Shown: piece after piece, positions 55,470-64,000 of the stretch
Position numbering within the stretch: the stretch's first letter is position 1
How the letters are laid out: every line of letters starts with the position of its first letter
From: a virus
Reading direction: 5' to 3' (one strand)
Virus record (IMG/VR): IMGVR_UViG_3300036715_002359
Location: 9,557-73,556 of that record
Length of the DNA: 64,000 nt
Position numbers and translations under genes: made by a program
Notes under the pieces: generated by a model
The model's input: the letters and a program-made list of their open reading frames with translations, nothing else
Told to the model about the DNA's origin: nothing
Database searches by the model: none

Positions 55470-57195
55470 TATTCCAAAAACAAGAGTAATGTTTATTCAT
55501 GAAAACGCTCTTGAATATAAATCATTAGCTAGATTCCCGGCCTTTCTTACTGAAGGGCCTCATTTTTTTGTACCTGCCAAAATATCAATAGTGTATAACG
55601 TAGTTAGTAGACTACAAGCTTCATTTAAGAAAATTAAAGTAGACAAAGAAGTGATGGACTTCATGAATCAAGAAATGAAGCTCTTACCATTACCTGAAGA
55701 TTTTAAATTTCATACTAAACCTATGATCTTCCAAGAAATTGCTTTACGATATCTATACACTATGGGATCAGCTGGACTGCTATTAGATCCTGGGATGGGT
55801 AAAAGTAAAGTTGTTTTGGACTATATAAAACTTAAGGGATTTAAACGAACTTTGCTTGTATGTCCTTTACCTCTTTTGTTTGTGTGGGAAGATGAAGTCT
55901 TCACTCATAGACCAGATTTAACTATACATTTAGTTAAAACAACTGACTGGGAATCTGAATGGGAGCAAGCTAAAGATAAAGATATTATCTGTATGAACTA
56001 CACTAAAGCAGTAATATTTAAAGACCAAATTCGAAAACAACAATTTGATTTTGTACACCTTGATGAATTTCTTATTAAAGACCCGTCTAGTCTTAGAACT
56101 CAAGGTATTACCCAAATAGCTAAACATATTCCTTACAGATGTGGGGGATCCGGTACTCTGATTAATAACTCTATACTAGATGTGTTTTCTCCCGTTAGAT
56201 TTATTGAACCTTCTTTAGTGGGGTGGTCATACACTAACTTCCTTAACAAACACACTATCAGAAATCCTCATCAGTTACGAATGATAGTTGGTACTAAAGG
56301 TAATGATGAAGCTAGATCAATTCTGGATTCGTGCTGTATAGTAATGAGTAAAGATGAATGGCTGAAATTACCCAATAAAACCTTCCACGATATATATGTT
56401 CAACCGGGTGAAACTCAACGTGAGTTTTACTATAATCTACAGCGTAACTTCATAGCTACTATTCAAGGAGAAACCGTTGAAATTGATAACGCTTTAGTTA
56501 TGATGAGTAAGCTTTATCAAGTGTCGAATGGATTTGTGTATGTTTCCGATAAAAAAGAATCTGAAGCGGAAGTCATTGAATTACTTGCAGAAGAAACCAC
56601 GACTAAGAAAAAGAAATCTACTAGGCGTACTGTATTTTTCCCTGAACAACCAAAGATAAAAGCTTTAATCAAACTTATAAAAGAAACTACTAAAGAGAAA
56701 CGAGCAATTATCTGGTTTAATATGGGAGCCGAATATACTCTTATAAAACAGATGATGGACGATAATGGTTGGAGTTATTTAACTATTAAAGGGGGTACTA
56801 AGGAACTTGGGAAAATCGTTCGTGAGTATAACAACAATCCTAATATTCAGTTTCTTATATGTCAAGCTAAAAGTGTTAATTATGGAGTAACCGTACTAGG
56901 GACAACTAAAGACAAGATGGATGATTCTGATATTGAATTTATGCCTGGGGTGAGCCCTTCTGTGTTTACTCAAATCTTTTACTCTTGTAATTATTCTTTA
57001 GAAGTGTACCTTCAACAACAAGACCGTATTCATCGTATAGGTCAAATACACGAATGTACATATTATAGATTATGGCTTAACACTTCTGTGGAAATAGCTA
57101 TTAAGGCAGCCTTAGAAAACAAGATGTATATTCGTAAAGACATGCTTATTGACATTGCAGAGAAACTTAAAGAAGCACCAAGTTATTTGGTATAA
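55453..57195 (+). CDS. SNF2-family helicase/translocase
   Basis: DPGMGKS (I), LVCP (Ia), LDEF (II), SGTL (III), QQQDRIHRIGQ (VI). Confidence 0.85.
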   Translation: MQIKFNIPKTRVMFIHENALEYKSLARFPAFLTEGPHFFVPAKISIVYNVVSRLQASFKKIKVDKEVMDFMNQEMKLLPLPEDFKFHTKPMIFQEIALRYLYTMGSAGLLLDPGMGKSKVVLDYIKLKGFKRTLLVCPLPLLFVWEDEVFTHRPDLTIHLVKTTDWESEWEQAKDKDIICMNYTKAVIFKDQIRKQQFDFVHLDEFLIKDPSSLRTQGITQIAKHIPYRCGGSGTLINNSILDVFSPVRFIEPSLVGWSYTNFLNKHTIRNPHQLRMIVGTKGNDEARSILDSCCIVMSKDEWLKLPNKTFHDIYVQPGETQREFYYNLQRNFIATIQGETVEIDNALVMMSKLYQVSNGFVYVSDKKESEAEVIELLAEETTTKKKKSTRRTVFFPEQPKIKALIKLIKETTKEKRAIIWFNMGAEYTLIKQMMDDNGWSYLTIKGGTKELGKIVREYNNNPNIQFLICQAKSVNYGVTVLGTTKDKMDDSDIEFMPGVSPSVFTQIFYSCNYSLEVYLQQQDRIHRIGQIHECTYYRLWLNTSVEIAIKAALENKMYIRKDMLIDIAEKLKEAPSYLV

Positions 57196-57196
57196 G
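57187..57196 (+). promoter_or_regulatory. Putative early promoter TTGGTATAAG overlapping the helicase stop codon
   Basis: Exact motif. Confidence 0.7.
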
Positions 57197-57263
57197 ACAA
57201 TTGCTAGGAGAAATCATAGCAATTTGAATACTTCTTTTTTATTAATGTTATCGGAGATTGATC

Positions 57264-57503
57264 ATGGCTTTGAACTGTCACACCTGCAAGAATAAACCTG
57301 AAGTCAATGCGAGTTCAGATACAGATGCTCTATACTGTTCCGAATTCAAAGTGATGCCACAACTGGACGCTTGTGGTTCCCACACTCCAGTAGCAGTACA
57401 TGCTTCCCCAATTCGTATTGTTCCAAAAAATGAACCTACCGGAGAATACCTCGGTTTGTCCCGTTTCAGCAATGACGAAACACAACCTCCTGCCCGAGCT
57501 TAA
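57264..57503 (+). CDS. Small Cys-rich protein
   Basis: GGAG RBS; CHTC...C...C. Confidence 0.55.
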   Translation: MALNCHTCKNKPEVNASSDTDALYCSEFKVMPQLDACGSHTPVAVHASPIRIVPKNEPTGEYLGLSRFSNDETQPPARA

Positions 57504-57563
57504 TTTATTGGTGCAGGGTAACAACAAGTAATAACCCTTTTTATATTCAACAGAAAGAATCAA

Positions 57564-58223
57564 ATGACCTCCATTATTGAATCTGAACAAAACATCGCCC
57601 AGGCGAAGATTCGTCCAGTGGTTACTTTGGAAGCACAAATCCAAACAGCCGTCGACAGCTATAAAGCTGCTCATTCTGACGCCTCGGAACAAGCTATTGC
57701 TGACTTCCGCAGTTCCCTTGAAGTGAAAATTCAAGAATCGTATTCCAAAGCAAAACAAGCTGATCCTCGTCCAGATCGTGAAAAACGTGCTGGCCAAGTT
57801 CAAGCTGTAGCTTCGGCACAGAACATTCAATTCAAGAATGTTCGTAAATTGGAACGAGTTCCGGCTAAGCTGGTCCTGGTCCATAAAGATGGTACCGAAC
57901 TTACAGGTACAATGGATGGTATCTTCGTGGACCGCATTGCCAATAAAGGTGGTGCAACCTTTGCGTATTTCTATCGCACCAACGAAACCAATACCTTATA
58001 CGCTCATTACGCTCTCGGAGTATGTCGTAGCGATGAGAACTTCGATGCCCTGTATGGTCGTGAAGTTGCTCTTGAACGCCTGCTGGCTGGCAAAGTGTTA
58101 CAAGTTGAAGTCGGTCATTCCGGTTTCAGCACTGGTAAATTCTCTGACAAAGAACTCGCTGACCAGATAAGTAATTACTCGGAAGCATTCTTCCCATCAA
58201 AAGAAGCCACCACCAAGGCTTAA
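57564..58223 (+). CDS. Hypothetical protein with CxxxExFDxxxGRxxA motif
   Basis: 219 aa with strong codon bias; GVCRSDENFDALYGREVALERL. Confidence 0.75.
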   Translation: MTSIIESEQNIAQAKIRPVVTLEAQIQTAVDSYKAAHSDASEQAIADFRSSLEVKIQESYSKAKQADPRPDREKRAGQVQAVASAQNIQFKNVRKLERVPAKLVLVHKDGTELTGTMDGIFVDRIANKGGATFAYFYRTNETNTLYAHYALGVCRSDENFDALYGREVALERLLAGKVLQVEVGHSGFSTGKFSDKELADQISNYSEAFFPSKEATTKA

Positions 58224-58242
58224 TACGCAAGGAACAGTAGTA

Positions 58243-58563
58243 ATGAATATTCTCTTTAAACTCGTGCATGGTGTTTATGCTTGGCTTAACGCTGGTGCTG
58301 AGGACAACTATGTTGAACTCGGTCACTCTCCTGTGAAAGAACAATTTGAAACAGCTGATCTTGTTGCATCGGAAAACCTCCTTGCTGCTGTTCCTGAGCT
58401 TGGTCCCGATCAACAGGATCTAATTAACCGTGCTATTCAACTTTATCCTACAGATGATAACCGTATCAAATGGTTGAATTCAATCGCTTCTTTGCGTAAC
58501 AGTAAAAAGGGATGGGTGTTGGACCGTCGAATTCTAAGCAGCCCAATAGGCATAGTTACATAA
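58243..58563 (+). CDS. Hypothetical protein
   Basis: 106 aa, AAGGA RBS. Confidence 0.7.
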   Translation: MNILFKLVHGVYAWLNAGAEDNYVELGHSPVKEQFETADLVASENLLAAVPELGPDQQDLINRAIQLYPTDDNRIKWLNSIASLRNSKKGWVLDRRILSSPIGIVT

Positions 58564-58601
58564 TTGCGCATAACTCTGTTATGTGCTAAACTGAATAATG
58601 A

Positions 58602-58633
58602 AGGCCGAGGTAGTTCACTCGGCTTTCTTTTTT
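58602..58633 (+). terminator. Intrinsic terminator
   Basis: AGGCCGAG...CTCGGCTT plus T-tract. Confidence 0.75.
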
Positions 58634-58650
58634 CTAAATAGGAGACTTAA

Positions 58651-59334
58651 ATGGTCAATCTGACTATGACACTAATCCGACGATGTTTGTTATCAGTAAT
58701 CATATGTGCAATATCGGCATGTGCTAGCGTTAAACAACAAATGCCTTCGACCTCTCAATCGAGCGAAGCAGTAACAAAGGTTTCAAAAGCTGAAACCATT
58801 TCGATTGAACCAGTAACATTTGAGGGATACACGTTCGACCCACCCTCTAAATACGTAAACACTGCAGACTTGATTAAGGATGTGGTTTTGGAAAGCAGTA
58901 ATAGAGATACTCGCCTTATTGATTACATAGCTGAAAAGTTCAAAGTATCTAAGGATGTGAGTAAACAAGTTGTTGAGCAATCAGCTCAATACGCTCGTAA
59001 GACTTTCCCAAGCCAAATGGACATCCTTGCTATAATCGCCATTGAATCAAAGTTTAATCCCAAAGCAGAATCTCATGGTAATTTTGGCTTGATGCAAATT
59101 CAATCAAAATCTCATAGAGATAAGTCTAAAGGTCGCAGCTTGTTTAATATTAGTGCTAATATCCAGATAGGAGCCGAAATCCTCAATGAATATTATGTGC
59201 TGATGGGAAACAATATCCGAGCAGCAACATCGTCTTACAATGTTGGACCTGGCACCTTTTTAAAGCGAAAAGTTGTTAGCACTTACTACGATAAATACCG
59301 AGCTAGATTGCAAGAATTTTCAAAGATCCAGTAG
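58651..59334 (+). CDS. SLT-domain lytic transglycosylase with N-terminal (lipo)signal
   Basis: AIIAIESKFNPKA, GLMQI, NIQIGAEIL, SYNVGP; ISAC lipobox-like. Confidence 0.9.
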   Translation: MVNLTMTLIRRCLLSVIICAISACASVKQQMPSTSQSSEAVTKVSKAETISIEPVTFEGYTFDPPSKYVNTADLIKDVVLESSNRDTRLIDYIAEKFKVSKDVSKQVVEQSAQYARKTFPSQMDILAIIAIESKFNPKAESHGNFGLMQIQSKSHRDKSKGRSLFNISANIQIGAEILNEYYVLMGNNIRAATSSYNVGPGTFLKRKVVSTYYDKYRARLQEFSKIQ

Positions 59335-59339
59335 GTAAA

Positions 59340-59349
59340 TTGGTATAAG
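59340..59349 (+). promoter_or_regulatory. Putative early promoter TTGGTATAAG
   Basis: Exact motif. Confidence 0.75.
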
Positions 59350-59386
59350 TAAAGTGGCGAATAACAACATATAAAAGGTCGATATT

Positions 59387-59578
59387 ATGTCACAAGTTAA
59401 ATTTGATAGATACATGACGATTGGGATGTTCTTAGTCATGGTAGTTGGTTGTGCTTGGGCTTTTGCTAATGCTATAGATGGCTCTGGAAAACTCCAGTGT
59501 ACAAAAGCAAAAACTGAAAAAGTCCAATTGTCTGGTAACGCAATGAGGGTCAACAAAGTTTGTATTCCACGAACTTAA
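59387..59578 (+). CDS. Small membrane/exported protein
   Basis: 63 aa, AAGGT RBS, one TM segment. Confidence 0.6.
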   Translation: MSQVKFDRYMTIGMFLVMVVGCAWAFANAIDGSGKLQCTKAKTEKVQLSGNAMRVNKVCIPRT

Positions 59579-59588
59579 GGAGTAATTC

Positions 59589-59720
59589 ATGGGTGTCATA
59601 CTGGGATTTGTGTTTAGTGTACTTGGCATTACACTTTTGGGAGTCGTGGCAGTATGTGCATTCTTTGGATTCATATTCGTGCTATTGGCATATGTGCTTG
59701 GAATAAAAGTTGAGAAATAA
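59589..59720 (+). CDS. 43-aa hydrophobic membrane peptide (below ORF-track cutoff)
   Basis: AAGGAG RBS; MGVILGFVFSVLGITLLGVVAVCAFFGFIFVLLAYVLGIKVEK*. Confidence 0.65.
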   Translation: MGVILGFVFSVLGITLLGVVAVCAFFGFIFVLLAYVLGIKVEK

Positions 59721-59721
59721 A

Positions 59722-59755
59722 GAAAAGACCAGGAGTTATGCCCTGGTCTTTTTTT
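59722..59755 (+). terminator. Intrinsic terminator
   Basis: AAAAGACCAGG...CCTGGTCTTTTTTTT. Confidence 0.85.
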
Positions 59756-59820
59756 AGTTGTAAGTTGTAAAGTTATTGCTAAAATCTTCGTAGTACGATA
59801 AACTAACCCTAGGAGTAAAT

Positions 59821-60153
59821 ATGAATACAAATGCATCTGAACCAAAAAATGAAGGTATGCCCCCTGAAATGATAGACGTTTTAGGCAAGAGTTTTAATGT
59901 AAAGATATTAGCTCCTGATGAATCAGAAGGGAATGATGGCTATATGGATTTGTCTATCTACGAAATAGGCGTTCGTATGCATCCCAGTAATGATTATAAT
60001 AAAGACACAGTGTTTCATGAGTTAACCCATGCCATTGATGAAGTTATGGCTCTTAAATTAAAAGAACATCAAGTACATCAATTAGCAGTAGGTTGGATGG
60101 CAGTACTCAAACACAACCCAAAATTAGCTAAATGGTTACTCAATGACAAATAA
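59821..60153 (+). CDS. HExxH zinc-metallopeptidase-like protein
   Basis: DTVFHELTHAI...EHQV; AGGAG RBS. Confidence 0.7.
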   Translation: MNTNASEPKNEGMPPEMIDVLGKSFNVKILAPDESEGNDGYMDLSIYEIGVRMHPSNDYNKDTVFHELTHAIDEVMALKLKEHQVHQLAVGWMAVLKHNPKLAKWLLNDK

Positions 60154-60796
60154 AACAGAAGTTACAAAAATAGATCGAGGATTCACCAAAGAAGTTTGGT
60201 TTATACATGGAGCTAACGCAAGTCCTGCATCCTTTAATCACATTAAAAAAGAATTAGAGTTAGACCCTGAGCTTAATGACTATAATTTCGTAGATATCAC
60301 ATACGATTGTCAAGAAGACCTTAAATCCATAGTATCTGTTTTGGCTGCTTCGGCACCTAAAAATAAACAGTTCTATATGGTTGGACACTCGCTAGGGGGT
60401 GTTTTGGCAGCAGCGGTTAGCCAAAAAATAAAACAATTTGAATTACCAGTTAGTTTACGTGGCGTAGTTTCTTTAGCTAGCCCTTTTGGTGGAAGCGAAT
60501 CAGCAGATTATTTGAGATGGATGTATCCTCATTACTATTTGTTTAGATCTATATCGACTCAATCGAGAATTATTACAGATGTTAAAGCTGTTGGTGCAGT
60601 AGTCCCTACTCTATCTATAGTTACAACCTCCGGTAACAATCCTTTATTTCCATCGGCTAATGATGGAGTAGTAACAGTCGCTTCACAAAGAGCCCTACCT
60701 AAAGCAACATACATCGAAATGCCTTACAATCATTTTGAAATTTTAGTCAGCAAAGAAACAGTAGATCACATCAAATTGTTTCTTAAAAGTAAGTAA
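60143..60796 (+). CDS. Alpha/beta hydrolase (lipase/esterase-like)
   Basis: FIHGA, GHSLGG nucleophile elbow, SPFGGS, NDGVV, NHFEIL. Confidence 0.88.
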   Translation: MTNKTEVTKIDRGFTKEVWFIHGANASPASFNHIKKELELDPELNDYNFVDITYDCQEDLKSIVSVLAASAPKNKQFYMVGHSLGGVLAAAVSQKIKQFELPVSLRGVVSLASPFGGSESADYLRWMYPHYYLFRSISTQSRIITDVKAVGAVVPTLSIVTTSGNNPLFPSANDGVVTVASQRALPKATYIEMPYNHFEILVSKETVDHIKLFLKSK

Positions 60797-60820
60797 TCAA
60801 ACAATACTATAAATTATGGT

Positions 60821-60847
60821 AAAAGCCTAGTATATCTAGGCTTTTTT
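60821..60847 (+). terminator. Intrinsic terminator overlapping an ATGGTAAAAG promoter-like variant
   Basis: AAAAGCCTAG-loop-CTAGGCTTTTTT. Confidence 0.7.
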
Positions 60848-60857
60848 ATTTAGGACA

Positions 60858-61724
60858 ATGATGGAGCATTACACAGAAGAAGAACTTTCTAAAAGACCAT
60901 TGTTAAGTATTATGGTCAATAGAAGTAATATGAATTGGGGGGAAGCCCCAAATTATAATGCAGAATATCGAAGAATACGTTGGCCAGCAAACTCTCAAAA
61001 AGTTTCTATCGAACGTGAGTTGACTACCGAAGAAATGATACAACGAGAAGATCAAGTTCGTGGTAGATTAGGAACTTTATCATTTTGGGATAATAGACGA
61101 ACCACAATATTGGAAGAAACTAATAGAAGATGTACCCCTGCATGGAAATCTGTAATTAGACATCAGTTAGAACGAAAATGTAGAGGTATTTGGAATAGTA
61201 CATCCATTAGAAATTTACATCCAGGATTTTGGAGGTATAAAGATACTAGAAGTAATCTACGAGTAGATATAAGATTCTGTATGAGGAAGAATATTCCTTT
61301 TAAAACGAAAACTGTAGAATACCGTCCTTCTGATACTACGTTGTACATATGTGGACGACCAGTAGTGAAATACTCTTTATCTCAAGGGAAAATAGAATCT
61401 TTTAGTTATTGTGGAGTCTATGAGAAACGTGTAGCATTGATACTTCGAATTTTAGAAATACCAGTAATGCTTAGAAATCGTAAATTAGTTTGGGCTAAAT
61501 ACCATGGCACTACTCAATATTACAGACTTATAGATGAAGAACGAAAAGAAGAAGAAATCTCTATAAACTTAACGGACACTTATGTTCTACCTATAAATTT
61601 GGGTATGATAAATGATTTGTTATCTCATGAGCATAGTATTTATAGAGATAACTTGGTTTGGGTTGCAAACACTACTCCTCCTCCAGTAGAACAAGTTTCT
61701 GGATATCAAGTAGGTACTACTTAG
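60858..61724 (+). CDS. Hypothetical Arg-rich protein
   Basis: 288-aa ORF, AGGA RBS. Confidence 0.65.
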   Translation: MMEHYTEEELSKRPLLSIMVNRSNMNWGEAPNYNAEYRRIRWPANSQKVSIERELTTEEMIQREDQVRGRLGTLSFWDNRRTTILEETNRRCTPAWKSVIRHQLERKCRGIWNSTSIRNLHPGFWRYKDTRSNLRVDIRFCMRKNIPFKTKTVEYRPSDTTLYICGRPVVKYSLSQGKIESFSYCGVYEKRVALILRILEIPVMLRNRKLVWAKYHGTTQYYRLIDEERKEEEISINLTDTYVLPINLGMINDLLSHEHSIYRDNLVWVANTTPPPVEQVSGYQVGTT

Positions 61725-61881
61725 GTTAATACTATAATTAACGGAAATGTATTAACTTCATCAAATGTATATACTTGGAATACTCCTTCTGTAATACCCA
61801 TAAGTTCCATTTTATAGGTTACTAGATTTACTGGTAATGGACAACAAATAACAATTCCTTTAGATAACACAACAAATTAAT

Positions 61882-62403
61882 ATGTCTAACACAAATATAA
61901 AAACATTACTAGACGTTCAAATTGCAACCAAAGCTCAAGTAGAAGGAATCTACGACGAAAATGATATGATTAAACTTAGCCTCTCAGTGATGACAATTCA
62001 TTTGGCTAAGTTAATTCCCATCTTCACCATGGCTTCTATTACTAAAGTCAAAATCTCTGATGTGGAACTAATCATTGATGATTTGGCTATGGTTTTAGAA
62101 TACCTGTTTATTCTTTGTAATTCTTGCAACTATGATATTCCAAATGATGAATACCTAACACGCTTTGAAGAAACGATTCCTCTTGAAATTAAACATGATT
62201 CTATTCTAAATCTACAATCAATGATGAGGGCTATCTCAGAATTGTCATATATGATATTTGTAGAAATGGATGGAGAAGCTTGGGATCAAGAAAATGCTCA
62301 TAGTGATTTCGATCAAGAAGTATCAACACTTATTGTCGGGATGAAAAATCTCGGTATAAGACACGGATTTAAAATGAAAGACATTTATTTAAAAGTGTCT
62401 TAA
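61882..62403 (+). CDS. Acidic all-helical hypothetical protein (weak MazG-like resemblance)
   Basis: IDDLAMVLEYLFILCN loosely resembles MazG ELxDVLxY, but the acidic ligands are incomplete. Confidence 0.55.
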   Translation: MSNTNIKTLLDVQIATKAQVEGIYDENDMIKLSLSVMTIHLAKLIPIFTMASITKVKISDVELIIDDLAMVLEYLFILCNSCNYDIPNDEYLTRFEETIPLEIKHDSILNLQSMMRAISELSYMIFVEMDGEAWDQENAHSDFDQEVSTLIVGMKNLGIRHGFKMKDIYLKVS

Positions 62404-62441
62404 TAATAACATAATTTGGTGAAACACCCAGAAAGGCCCTA

Positions 62442-64000
62442 ATGTACGATGGTAACATTATGGATTACTTCCCGTTAGAATCAGCACGTGCTGGTCAACG
62501 GGCAGTTATAACAGAAATAGACAAAGTTTTTAAAGCTGGTAAGAAATTTATCATTCTTGAAGGTCCAGTAGGTTGTGGTAAATCAGCAATTGGTATGACC
62601 TTTGCTAAAGCGTTTGGTGACGCTCATATGATTACTCCACGTAAATCTTTACAAAATCAATACTACGATGACTTTGCTGAAGATATCGTTTTAATGAAGG
62701 GTAGAAGTTCTTACCCTTGTACGTACCAAAACATCAATACTTCTAGGTATTCTCAAATTATCCGATTAATTAAAGAAGGAAGTATTACCGCACCTAGAAC
62801 TGGTGAAGATAACTGCTCAAATGCACCATGTAGAGAAGACAAAGATCTATACAAACGATGTACAGAGTACAATGGTAAAACGGGGGAAGAGAGTCATCCT
62901 TGTCCTTACACTGCAGCAATCAAAACTGCACAGGATAGTCCGTGTGTTATTCATAATCTACACTCATTTATATTTCAGACAAACTTTACCAGTCGTTTTG
63001 AAAAACGAAATATTCTCATCGTGGATGAGGCTCATGAAGTTGAAGGTGTGATACGAGAGTTCATATCTAAAAAAATGGTGGTTGAGGGTTTTACTGAAGA
63101 TGATCTTATTCCTGAAGGATCAACTTCTATGGATGAATGGACTGAGTTCTTACTCACAGATAAGTGCTTACCAACGGTAACTGAATTAGAAAAGCTAGCT
63201 CGAATCAAAGATCCATACTATAAAAATAATCGAGATCTTTATATTGAACGAGTAACTTATTTAAAAGAACAATTTTCTGAACGATTTTGTGTAAGGGTAA
63301 TACCAAACATTCGTCATGGTAAGAGAATGTCCACCTCATTTGAATTTATTCCTGAATCTTTAGGTAGCTCTGCTAAGCAACTAATTTTTGACTTTGGTGA
63401 GTACGTTATTTTGATGAGTGGTACTATTTATGATAAGAGCGTGTTTTGTCGTAACCTGGGTATCAATCCAGAAGAAGCTCACTTCATTAGAATACCGTCA
63501 ACGTTTCCAATTGAAATGCGTCCTATATATGTTAAACCTGAGTATCAAGTTGATACTAGTTTTGCCATGTGGAACGAAAACTTTGATGAGATGATCGAGA
63601 AGATCAGTAAGATCATGGGGATATTTCATGATGCTAAAGGATTGATACATGCACCTAGTTATGAAGCTGCTCAGCAAATGGCTTTAGCAATTCCGGGTAA
63701 CAGAATAATTCTGCATAGTTCACAAGATCTTCAGGAAAAGCTTTTACAGTTTTATGAGTCTAAAGAACCAGTCGTATTTATTAGTCCAGTTTGTCAACAA
63801 GGTGTAGATTTTAAAGATGATAGGGCCAGGTTTCAGATTGTAACTAGAATTCCTTACACAAATACAAATGATGCGTTTATGAATCATAAAGTTAAGACTG
63901 ATTTCATGTGGTACAATTATCAGAGTCTTATTGTATTCGGTCAACAACTCGGACGTATTAATCGTTCGGAGGATGACTACGGTGCTACTTTCCTATTGGA
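62442..64000 (+). CDS. DinG/XPD-family Fe-S helicase, 3'-truncated by the window edge (not in ORF track)
   Basis: Hand translation: MYDGNIMDYFPLESARAGQ, EGPVGCGKS, LQNQY, KGRSSYPC...C...CPY, IVDEAH, LMSGT, QGVDFKDD, QQLGRINRSEDD. Confidence 0.9.
   Translation, partial: MYDGNIMDYFPLESARAGQRAVITEIDKVFKAGKKFIILEGPVGCGKSAIGMTFAKAFGDAHMITPRKSLQNQYYDDFAEDIVLMKGRSSYPCTYQNINTSRYSQIIRLIKEGSITAPRTGEDNCSNAPCREDKDLYKRCTEYNGKTGEESHPCPYTAAIKTAQDSPCVIHNLHSFIFQTNFTSRFEKRNILIVDEAHEVEGVIREFISKKMVVEGFTEDDLIPEGSTSMDEWTEFLLTDKCLPTVTELEKLARIKDPYYKNNRDLYIERVTYLKEQFSERFCVRVIPNIRHGKRMSTSFEFIPESLGSSAKQLIFDFGEYVILMSGTIYDKSVFCRNLGINPEEAHFIRIPSTFPIEMRPIYVKPEYQVDTSFAMWNENFDEMIEKISKIMGIFHDAKGLIHAPSYEAAQQMALAIPGNRIILHSSQDLQEKLLQFYESKEPVVFISPVCQQGVDFKDDRARFQIVTRIPYTNTNDAFMNHKVKTDFMWYNYQSLIVFGQQLGRINRSEDDYGATFLL

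Noticed and set aside
57330-57884. 184-aa minus-strand ORF
   Set aside because: Antisense shadow across two plus-strand genes.
62351-62360. TCGGTATAAG promoter-like site
   Set aside because: Mismatched and inside a CDS; it could serve the DinG gene but cannot be supported from the sequence alone.
61882-62403. MazG nucleotide pyrophosphatase call
   Set aside because: Only a loose helical resemblance; the EExxE/ExxD metal-binding set is not evident.
62803-63947. Short ORFs 62803..63051 (+) and 63744..63947 (-)
   Set aside because: They lie inside the DinG helicase frame that starts at 62442.
1-64000. Alternative genetic code (stop-codon reassignment), tRNA genes, inteins
   Set aside because: Long genes read through intact in code 11 and end in TAA, TAG or TGA; no cloverleaf or intein splice motifs were recognised by eye.

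Overview
The window is a 64-kb, AT-rich stretch of a large (probably jumbo) contractile-tailed dsDNA bacteriophage. The minus strand carries virion genes: tail sheath, neck/adaptor proteins, major capsid, decoration protein, putative scaffold and internal head proteins, prohead protease, portal and tail fibres. It also carries a multisubunit RNA polymerase split into three dispersed genes: beta fused to the beta' N-terminus, the beta' catalytic middle (DYDGD), and the beta' C-terminus. Plus-strand islands of small accessory or replication genes are interleaved, most starting at a conserved TTGGTATAAG promoter-like motif and ending at a hairpin terminator. Minus-strand structural units tend to start at TAAAATA. 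Highlights are (1) a recurrent (M/V)xN[KRI]YLEK[IV]A tag plus a K-x-A motif, which looks like a capsid-targeting and protease-maturation code; (2) a PolX-like nucleotidyltransferase / LigD 3'-phosphoesterase / ATP-ligase cluster resembling a split NHEJ end-repair kit, whose phosphoesterase carries that tag and the late motif; (3) an ORF-less promoter-to-terminator unit folding into a ~190-nt rod-like RNA; and (4) several features missed by the ORF track (a 59-aa tagged ORF, a DinG helicase, two HNH remnants, tail-fibre remnants). All calls come from motif recognition by eye; no database searches were run. No tRNA, rRNA or CRISPR array was seen.
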